The translations under genes were made by a program, and so were the position numbers. From Nemertoderma westbladi (taxonomy: Eukaryota; Animalia; Xenacoelomorpha): 37,667 bases of DNA. Under the pieces are notes generated by a model. The model was not told the origin of the DNA, ran no database searches, and saw nothing but the letters and a program-made list of their open reading frames with translations. The stretch is taken from NCBI GenBank assembly GCA_032718475.1, contig JAUCBJ010000856.1:1-37667 (forward strand). The letters run 5' to 3'. Below, piece after piece: positions 1 through 10,527 of the stretch (position 1 is the first letter of the stretch; each line of letters begins with the position of its first letter).

Positions 1-3000
1 CCAATAGTAAGAAATGGTAAGATACACGCATATTATATACCCACCGTATCCAATAGTAAGAAATGGTGAGATACACGCATATTATATACCCACCGTATCC
101 AATAGTAAGAAATGGTGAGATACACGCATATTATATACCCACCGTATCCAATAGTAAGAAATGGTGAGATACACGCATATTATATACCCACCGTATCCAA
201 TAGTAAGAAATGGTGAGATACACGCATATTATATACCCACCGTATCCAATAGTAAGAAATGGTAAGATACACGCATATTATATACCCACCGTATCCAATA
301 GTAAGAAATGGTAAGATACACGCATATTATATACCCACCGTATCCAATAGTAAGAAATGGTAAGATACACGCATATTATATACCCACCGTATCCAATAGT
401 AAGAAATGGTGAGATACACGCATATTATATACCCACCGTATCCAATAGTAAGAAATGGTAAGATACACGCATATTATATACCCACCGTATCCAATAGTAA
501 GAAATGGTAAGATACACGCATATTATATACCCACCGTATCCAATAGTAAGAAATGGTAAGATACACGCATATTATATACCCACCGTATCCAATAGTAAGA
601 AATGGTAAGATACACGCATATTATATACCCACCGTATCCAATAGTAAGAAATGGTAAGATACACGCATATTATATACCCACCGTATCCAATAGTAAGAAA
701 TGGTAAGATACACGCATATTATATACCCACCGTATCCAATAGTAAGAAATGGTAAGATACACGCATATTATATACCCACCGTATCCAATAGTAAGAAATG
801 GTAAGATACACGCATATTATATACCCACCGTATCCAATAGTAAGAAATGGTGAGATACACGCATATTATATACCCACCGTATCCAATAGTAAGAAATGGT
901 GAGATACACGCATATTATATACCCACCGTATCCAATAGTAAGAAATGGTAAGATACACGCATATTATATACCCACCGTATCCAATAGTAAGAAATGGTAA
1001 GATACACGCATATTATATACCCACCGTATCCAATAGTAAGAAATGGTAAGATACACGCATATTATATACCCACCGTATCCAATAGTAAGAAATGGTAAGA
1101 TACACGCATATTATATACCCACCGTATCCAATAGTAAGAAATGGTAAGATACACGCATATTATATACCCACCGTATCCAATAGTAAGAAATGGTAAGATA
1201 CACGCATATTATATACCCACCGTATCCAATAGTAAGAAATGGTAAGATACACGCATATTATATACCCACCGTATCCAATAGTAAGAAATGGTGAGATACA
1301 CGCATATTATATACCCACCGTATCCAATAGTAAGAAATGGTAAGATACACGCATATTATATACCCACCGTATCCAATAGTAAGAAATGGTAAGATACACG
1401 CATATTATATACCCACCGTATCCAATAGTAAGAAATGGTGAGATACACGCATATTATATACCCACCGTATCCAATAGTAAGAAATGGTGAGATACACGCA
1501 TATTATATACCCACCGTATCCAATAGTAAGAAATGGTGAGATACACGCATATTATATACCCACCGTATCCAATAGTAAGAAATGGTAAGATACACGCATA
1601 TTATATACCCACCGTATCCAATAGTAAGAAATGGTGAGATACACGCATATTATATACCCACCGTATCCAATAGTAAGAAATGGTAAGATACACGCATATT
1701 ATATACCCACCGTATCCAATAGTAAGAAATGGTAAGATACACGCATATTATATACCCACCGTATCCAATAGTAAGAAATGGTAAGATACACGCATATTAT
1801 ATACCCACCGTATCCAATAGTAAGAAATGGTAAGATACACGCATATTATATACCCACCGTATCCAATAGTAAGAAATGGTAAGATACACGCATATTATAT
1901 ACCCACCGTATCCAATAGTAAGAAATGGTGAGATACACGCATATTATATACCCACCGTATCCAATAGTAAGAAATGGTGAGATACACGCATATTATATAC
2001 CCACCGTATCCAATAGTAAGAAATGGTAAGATACACGCATATTATATACCCACCGTATCCAATAGTAAGAAATGGTAAGATACACGCATATTATATACCC
2101 ACCGTATCCAATAGTAAGAAATGGTAAGATACACGCATATTATATACCCACCGTATCCAATAGTAAGAAATGGTAAGATACACGCATATTATATACCCAC
2201 CGTATCCAATAGTAAGAAATGGTAAGATACACGCATATTATATACCCACCGTATCCAATAGTAAGAAATGGTAAGATACACGCATATTATATACCCACCG
2301 TATCCAATAGTAAGAAATGGTAAGATACACGCATATTATATACCCACCGTATCCAATAGTAAGAAATGGTAAGATACACGCATATTATATACCCACCGTA
2401 TCCAATAGTAAGAAATGGTGAGATACACGCATATTATATACCCACCGTATCCAATAGTAAGAAATGGTGAGATACACGCATATTATATACCCACCGTATC
2501 CAATAGTAAGAAATGGTGAGATACACGCATATTATATACCCACCGTATCCAATAGTAAGAAATGGTAAGATACACGCATATTATATACCCACCGTATCCA
2601 ATAGTAAGAAATGGTAAGATACACGCATATTATATACCCACCGTATCCAATAGTAAGAAATGGTAAGATACACGCATATTATATACCCACCGTATCCAAT
2701 AGTAAGAAATGGTAAGATACACGCATATTATATACCCACCGTATCCAATAGTAAGAAATGGTAAGATACACGCATATTATATACCCACCGTATCCAATAG
2801 TAAGAAATGGTAAGATACACGCATATTATATACCCACCGTATCCAATAGTAAGAAATGGTAAGATACACGCATATTATATACCCACCGTATCCAATAGTA
2901 AGAAATGGTGAGATACACGCATATTATATACCCACCGTATCCAATAGTAAGAAATGGTGAGATACACGCATATTATATACCCACCGTATCCAATAGTAAG

Positions 3001-4627
3001 AAATGGTGAGATACACGCATATTATATACCCACCGTATCCAATAGTAAGAAATGGTGAGATACACGCATATTATATACCCACCGTATCCAATAGTAAGAA
3101 ATGGTAAGATACACGCATATTATATACCCACCGTATCCAATAGTAAGAAATGGTAAGATACACGCATATTATATACCCACCGTATCCAATAGTAAGAAAT
3201 GGTAAGATACACGCATATTATATACCCACCGTATCCAATAGTAAGAAATGGTAAGATACACGCATATTATATACCCACCGTATCCAATAGTAAGAAATGG
3301 TAAGATACACGCATATTATATACCCACCGTATCCAATAGTAAGAAATGGTGAGATACACGCATATTATATACCCACCGTATCCAATAGTAAGAAATGGTG
3401 AGATACACGCATATTATATACCCACCGTATCCAATAGTAAGAAATGGTGAGATACACGCATATTATATACCCACCGTATCCAATAGTAAGAAATGGTGAG
3501 ATACACGCATATTATATACCCACCGTATCCAATAGTAAGAAATGGTGAGATACACGCATATTATATACCCACCGTATCCAATAGTAAGAAATGGTAAGAT
3601 ACACGCATATTATATACCCACCGTATCCAATAGTAAGAAATGGTAAGATACACGCATATTATATACCCACCGTATCCAATAGTAAGAAATGGTGAGATAC
3701 ACGCATATTATATACCCACCGTATCCAATAGTAAGAAATGGTGAGATACACGCATATTATATACCCACCGTATCCAATAGTAAGAAATGGTGAGATACAC
3801 GCATATTATATACCCACCGTATCCAATAGTAAGAAATGGTGAGATACACGCATATTATATACCCACCGTATCCAATAGTAAGAAATGGTGAGATACACGC
3901 ATATTATATACCCACCGTATCCAATAGTAAGAAATGGTGAGATACACGCATATTATATACCCACCGTATCCAATAGTAAGAAATGGTAAGATACACGCAT
4001 ATTATATACCCACCGTATCCAATAGTAAGAAATGGTAAGATACACGCATATTATATACCCACCGTATCCAATAGTAAGAAATGGTAAGATACACGCATAT
4101 TATATACCCACCGTATCCAATAGTAAGAAATGGTAAGATACACGCATATTATATACCCACCGTATCCAATAGTAAGAAATGGTGAGATACACGCATATTA
4201 TATACCCACCGTATCCAATAGTAAGAAATGGTAAGATACACGCATATTATATACCCACCGTATCCAATAGTAAGAAATGGTGAGATACACGCATATTATA
4301 TACCCACCGTATCCAATAGTAAGAAATGGTGAGATACACGCATATTATATACCCACCGTATCCAATAGTAAGAAATGGTAAGATACACGCATATTATATA
4401 CCCACCGTATCCAATAGTAAGAAATGGTAAGATACACGCATATTATATACCCACCGTATCCAATAGTAAGAAATGGTAAGATACACGCATATTATATACC
4501 CACCGTATCCAATAGTAAGAAATGGTAAGATACACGCATATTATATACCCACCGTATCCAATAGTAAGAAATGGTGAGATACACGCATATTATATACCCA
4601 CCGTATCCAATAGTAAGAAATGGTGAG
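1..4627. repeat. 49-bp tandem satellite, about 94 copies, continues past the window start
   Basis: Unit CCAATAGTAAGAAATGGT(A/G)AGATACACGCATATTATATACCCACCGTAT is repeated head-to-tail. The only variation I saw is A/G at unit position 19. The array ends abruptly at ...TGGTGAG (4627). Confidence 0.98.
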
Positions 4628-5174
4628 GGATTGCAAACAAGTGCGGGAGCAATATTAGGAAATTAAGAATGAAAAAACATGGAAAAGCAACCCCAGTGTG
4701 TTTATTATATGAGAATGCGGGAACCAAGAGAGATTGAAAATTATAATAAGAAACACCAATATCCTCATTAATTCGCTTGTTCGTTTAATCAACCCCCCTA
4801 TAGCTACATTCACATGTAAGCCCTAACTAATTATTTATATGGGTGCCCTTGAGGTTGAGACACTTGACACTGCTTCGTTAGTTTCGGTTCAGAAGCAACC
4901 ACAGCGTAACGTGTAGGTTTCAATGTTTAATTTTTACCCTGTTACAAATAAATGTACCTTACAAAGTAAATAGGTGGGCAGAGCCCAAAGCATGTGCTAA
5001 ATTTGGGAAAGATAATTCAAACGCCGACGTCCCTATCAGTCAGTCTATCGTTCTTAAACACAATAGAACCCCTTCTGACTAATTTTAAACTAGGTTATTA
5101 AATATTGATGTGATATTTCATCAGATTGGGGGGGGGGGGGGGGGGGGGGTGTGGGCTATTAAAATTTAGATTAA

Positions 5175-5878
5175 GGGGGGGGTACACCATTTTCGGACAA
5201 CTCTTCGATTTATCACTCTCAGCGTTTCAAAATTGTTTGATTTTGGCTAAAATTTGGCATATAGGTGCCTAAGATGCTATTCTACATGACAGGTGAGAAA
5301 ATTTTTTTTTTTCGCTATTTAATATTAGTTAATACTAGTTAACAACAAAAAAAACTTGGTTGCGCTTAAAACCCTAAGGCTTTTACAGTTTTGAATCTAA
5401 TCACATGAAAGTTTTTTTATATGATAAGATGGGGCAACATAACTATCAGGCGAAATTTTGTTAAAATAATTCTGCACCGCTAGGTGGCGCTGCAAATTTA
5501 TGCAAATTTTTAGGTTTTTTATAAATAGTATTAAATTTTATTAACAAAAATTTCGAAAAGTTGCCTGATACTTTTATGCAGGGTGGCTATGTAGACACCC
5601 ACAGAAAGTTTCAGACTAATTACTCAAAAATTGTAGAAGTAGTAGGGTTTTGAAGTTGACAATTTCATGAAAAAAATATTTGGAGATAATCGACCTTTCA
5701 TTATACATAGTAATAGTAATTTCAATAGGATTCCGTAAATGGAAATTTACATAACTTGAAAATTAAAAGAGCTATTAAATAGCGGTTTTCAGATTTGGAA
5801 ACACCATGCAATGGTGCATTAGAATAGACCATAAAAAAAATTTCGACATATTTTGGACCAAAATGGTGTACCCCCCCC
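5175..5878. mobile_element. Non-autonomous DNA transposon (MITE), Kolobok-like
   Basis: Perfect 19-bp TIRs GGGGGGGGTACACCATTTT (5175-5193) / AAAATGGTGTACCCCCCCC (5860-5878), flanked by TTAA on both sides (5171-5174, 5879-5882). A TTAA TSD with RR..YY termini fits Kolobok rather than piggyBac (YY..RR). No ORF. Confidence 0.85.
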
Positions 5879-7010
5879 TTAAAATTAAAATTATTTTTTA
5901 AAATTATTATTAAAATTAAAATTAGTTCCTCTTTGGGGACAACACAAGTAACAGCTGATTACGAGTCTGTGCTATGCAGTCATGCAATGAAGTCCAAAAG
6001 GAGATGGAGGACGGGTCATGCAATGAAGTTAACCTGCCGTCTGATCACTGGGAAGCAGCACTAAAAACTTGCGCCAATCGCGTTTCTGCTTGCTAGTATG
6101 GCTGGCGTTGGTTTATGTAATGCAATTCAAGCATTTACAGGGGGGACATTCGACGTAATTCATCCCTCTCCAGGGTAAAATCGACGCAAATAACAGACTT
6201 TCAGACTATTGACTTTCGTTTATTATTTTGGCTAGAATAACATGCCACTAAAACCTGCTACTTTAATTTAATTGATATTCATTTAACAATGAGACGAGAT
6301 ATTAATTCGCCGAAATGGAATTGGCGTAAAGCCTGTCTCGGATGCCTTGCAATTACCTTGAAGTGTTTACAAAACTCGTGCCTGTCAGTCAGCCAAGGGG
6401 TATTGGGCTAGTCAGTCACGGTGAGTCATCTTGCGGTTGTGCACAGTCTTGCTCTACCGTACACCCCCTTACCAGATGGACACGATAATGAACAAACGAC
6501 GTTAGACGCAAGTATGCCAGGAACATCGTGTAAGGGTGGTTAATAATGGATTAAGGATTAGACGCAAGGATATCCGGGACGGGATGTTTTAGAGATGGGA
6601 GTGACTGGCGCAGTTTAGTTGTAGTGAAAACGAACCGAACTGGCCGTGTGCAAAGTCCACGCAACTTTCGAACAAGCAGATCGGTTGCCCGACCTCGGTA
6701 CCCAAACTTAACAGATAATGGGCTTTGAATCATCAGCAGCCGCTTGGCCCAACGGGTCACTGACCTTGGTGGGGACAACTGTTGGTGCCTCGCCCCCAGA
6801 ACCACTACTTGCACGCCCCCTAGCGGCTTGCTGCTGTCAGCTGATCACTGATTGCATGCAACGTCTAGGTCTTGTTGCTTTTTAGTTTTTTACATACTTT
6901 GGTACTAACACACCTACCGGTAAGGTTTTCTACTTAACGTGCTTGATAAATAAATAAATATAATTCGTAATATTTTATTGATTTTATTTGGCTTCGATAA
7001 TCTTTTCATT

Positions 7011-7067
7011 CAGCTCAGTTGGTGAACGGTGGACCTGGAACAGCAATGCACTGGTTCGAGACCGCCC
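7011..7067 (+). mobile_element. Degenerate tRNA-derived sequence (probable SINE head or tRNA pseudogene)
   Basis: A-box-like CAGCTCAGTTGG (7011-7022) and B-box GGTTCGAGACC (7053-7063) at tRNA-like spacing. No convincing acceptor stem. Confidence 0.5.
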
Positions 7068-7512
7068 TAACGCCCACGAGTTTTTGTAAACATTTGAATC
7101 TCGGCCTCTTGAGTTTGTGTTTAGTTTGTATTGGTTAATTTATCTATGTTATTTACATCGTTAGAAAGCTTGAGATGTGAGGATTCCGAATATGTAACAA
7201 TGTATAAATTTGGTTGTGAAATAAATATGGGCAATCAAAAATTACGAAGATTATCATTAGCTGTAAACCACTTTAATAAATATACAACGTGTGGAACATT
7301 TTGTGCTTGTAGCTAAGCAATGAAATAAATAAGAAGTTGTAGAATTTTAAGTATTTATTAAAAAGAAAAAATGACCTACAGGGAACGATAAGTCTTACAA
7401 TATTTGAACGCCTATATATCAGCAGTTTCTCCTGAATCTTGCAAACGATAAGCTTTGTTCCGGTTGGTACTTTGGTTGAAATTGAAACTCCGTTAGAGTT
7501 ACTATTTAATTA

Positions 7513-7588
7513 CAGTATCAGTATCAGTATCAGTATCAGTATCAGTATCAGTATCAGTATCAGTATCAGTATCAGTATCAGTATCAGT
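7513..7588. repeat. (CAGTAT)n hexanucleotide microsatellite
   Basis: About 12.7 perfect units. It explains the DTDTDT run in ORF 7502-7693. Confidence 0.97.
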
Positions 7589-7745
7589 CTCACATGCAAA
7601 CTCTGTTAGAAAAAAAGTTAAAAAGTTAGTTAAATATGGACATGGCAGGGTTCTGTGTAAACAGAAAATGTGAATTAAATTCAACCAGCACAAATATTAA
7701 TTTAGCTGACACATATTTTAATTATGCTGTGTAAGATCCACGTTG

Positions 7746-7829
7746 TCAGGTCAGGTCCCCAGATCCTGCTACGCTACCACTATGGCAGTAATGTGGTACT
7801 ACCTGTAGCTGTCAGCCCAGTAGGGCAGG
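7746..7829 (+). ncRNA. Candidate structured RNA (pseudoknot) at the RTE-A 5' terminus
   Basis: TACCAC 7775-7780 pairs with GTGGTA 7793-7798. Loop TGGCAGT 7783-7789 pairs with GCTGTCA 7808-7814 (2 G-U). CCTGCT 7765-7770 pairs with GGCAGG 7824-7829. CAGGT can pair with ACCTG 7801-7805. Same architecture as RTE-B 29125-29215. Confidence 0.55.
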
Positions 7830-8300
7830 CCCGATAAGCATAGCCTATTCATTATTTAGTTATCAAGAGTGGGTTGGTTTAGCCCCGTCAACTAAATAAG
7901 TTATTGAGGGCTATAGCGCCTAGGGCACCATTGAAGGCAAAGGCTTGATATGCATCTGCATTAGAGATGATACACGCCCCGCCCTGTCTATACTGGATGC
8001 TCCTCTACCAGTGTTAGGTAACCTAACCCAGGAGGCACACTTGGTTCAGGGTGTAACAAAAGGACCCCTACAGTCGGCAGCAGGGCTGTAGGCCATGGAT
8101 AGGCGGAAGGTAATCAACCAACGGCTAGACATGCTGACAAGGTCGGTGGAAGGTAATCAACCAACGGCGACCTACTGCGAAGACGCTTGTAGGAGTTGCG
8201 ACCACAAGCGGTTTACTCCCGCAACTGAAAGATATGAGTATGAGAACCCTCCAGGAGAAATACCGGCTCGGTCGTCGCCCGGGTCAACAAGGACCGCCAA

Positions 8301-10527
8301 CAACTGGATTACAGCATGATCAACTGCGAGGCATACAGCTCGTTCAACCTAATTGGTTCGGACCACAGAATTGTGACTGCAGAGATCAGACTCAGTATGA
8401 GAGCCAGCAAACCCAGGACAAGCAAGTAAATCAACTATGACTGGGAGAAACTCAGAACTGACAATGCTGGAAAGGATGCTTATACAGTAGAAGTTCAAAA
8501 CCGCTTTGAAGCACTTCAGTGGATGAAGACCAATCCACCGATTAAATATACCAGAATATAATAACAGCCCACAAGGAATCAGCTAAGAGGCATATCCCCC
8601 AGAAACCCAAACGAAAACAGTATGTGCCATGGCAAAACTCTGAGGTTACTTGTAAGAGAGAAGATCTTAAGATAGCCTACAAAGTTAAAACCGAACAACC
8701 AACAACTGAAAACATTAACAAGGTTGAGAAAGCTAAGGACGATCTTAAATTGGCCTACAACATCAGCCAGGAAAAGTACATACAGGATAAAACTGAAGCA
8801 ATTACAACTGCTCACATACAGCAACAATCAAGACTTACCTGGCAAACTGTAAATGAGGTATCTGGTCGGAAAAGTTGTGCAAAGGGGCGCCTCAAAGCCG
8901 ATAGTCCTGAAGAACGTGTTGGGAAGTGGAAAAATCACTTCACTTCAGCAACTTGCTTGGGCAGCCACCAAACATCGAGGTCAGCCCTACAAGGAAAATA
9001 TATGACAAGACACTACCTATAGAAACAGGGGACTTCACACCTGCCGAACTCCAAAGAAGCATTAAAAGCATGTCCAATAATAAAGCGAGTGGATTAGATG
9101 AAATCCCAGCGGAGGTATGGAAAACCGGAGTGCTAAACAGACCATTATTGAATGTTTGCAACCGGATGTTAAAAGGGGAAAAGCCACCACCAATTTGGAC
9201 TAAAGGTCAACTAAAGCCTCTCCCCAAGAAAGGAGACCTCGGCATACCAACAAACAATCGTGGGATCTGTCTGCTTGTGGTAGCTGCCAAAATATACAAT
9301 AAAATGATTCTATATAGGATTAGGCCTCACATAGAGAAACTACTGCGTAAGAGCCAAAACGGATTTCGACCAAGTAGATTAACAATAGCTCAGATACTTG
9401 CACTACGGAGACTGATTGAAGGAATTAAGTCAAAGAATCTCCCCGCAGTCATGACTTTTGTGGACTTCAAGAAGGCATTCGACTCCATCCATAGAGGTAA
9501 AATGCTTGAAATCCTAAGAGCTTATGGAATACCAGAAGTAATTGTTGCTGGCATTGGATTGTTATATTGTGACACAGAAGCGCAGGTACTCTCACCAGAT
9601 GGTGAAACTGAGTTTTTCTCAATCCTGGCTGGCGTACTGCAAGGCGACACATTAGCACCATTACTATTTGTAATTGTGCTGGATTACGCAATGAGGACGG
9701 CCACAAAGGGTGAAGATCTGGGATTCACACTTCAAGAACGCAGAAGTAGTAGATATCCGGCAACTACAGTCACAGACACCGACTTTGTGGATGACATCGC
9801 CCTGCTCTCTAATACGCTAGCAGATGCACAGCTTCTACTAAATAAAGTGGAGAGGGCTGCTAAGGAGGTTGGATTGCATATAAATGCTACAAAGACCGAA
9901 TTCATGACCTTTAATGTTAATGGAAACTTGACAACCATTGATAATAATCAACTAAGGAAGGTCGATGACTTCCAGTACCTTGGATCATGGATAGAGAGTA
10001 GCAAAAAGGACATAGAAGTTAGGAAAGCAAAGGCTTGGGTAGCTCTATCAAAAATGGATACCAACTGGAAATCAGATCTCTTCAGGCACCTGAAGACTAA
10101 GTTTTTTCGAGCCACAGTGAAAAGTGTATTTTTATACGGGGGTGAGACCTGGACACTGACTAAATCACTTGAACAACGAATTTATGGTTGCTACACAAGA
10201 CTACTAAGGGCAGCCCTAAACGTCAGCTGGAGACAACACATGACAAACGCCGAGCTTTATGGTACAATACCACCTGTATCAACCACCCTCCGAGAACGCA
10301 GATTAAGATTCAGTGGGCACTGCTGGCGAAGTAAAGACGAGGTCATACCAGATCTACTTCTCTGGCAACCAACTCATGGAATGCGTAGTCGTGGACGACC
10401 GGCCATAACATATATAGATCAACTTGAAAGGGATACTGAACTTGTGATAAACGAAATTGCGACAACTATGGAGAATCGGGAAGCCTGGAAGGATCTCATT
10501 TCCACTGTCCGAGTTCGCTCGACCTAG
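8301..10527 (+). pseudogene. Disrupted APE-reverse transcriptase polyprotein of RTE-A (RT part open at 8926-10527)
   Basis: RT motifs PLPKKGDL, QNGFR, FVDFKKAFDS, GVLQGDTLAPLLF, DFVDD (FADD in copy 2), YLGSW, RLRFSGHC. Frameshifts lie upstream of ~8945. Confidence 0.9.

Noticed and set aside
1-4627. CRISPR array
   Set aside because: No unique spacers and no cas genes; this is a pure tandem repeat in a eukaryotic context.
7502-7693. ORF with DT repeats
   Set aside because: Product of the (CAGTAT)n microsatellite.
7746-7812. Canonical twister ribozyme (CAGGTCCCCAGATCCTG resembles a P4 hairpin; RTE-B has TAAAGGAGG and CCTGTAGCT words)
   Set aside because: The conserved UAA cleavage loop, AAGC loop and T1/T2 partners could not be placed in any permutation. 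A distant relationship is not excluded.
7873-7950. Pistol ribozyme (GTTGG..TCAAC, TAAATA, AG-pseudoknot-GCG order resembles pistol)
   Set aside because: No G-U cleavage junction between plausible P3 and P2, and TAAAT is better explained inside a 10-bp stem. A cmscan with the pistol model would settle it.
7923-7990. HDV-like ribozyme starting GGGCACC
   Set aside because: No matching P1 3' strand, P3/L3 or J4/2 C-R-A downstream.
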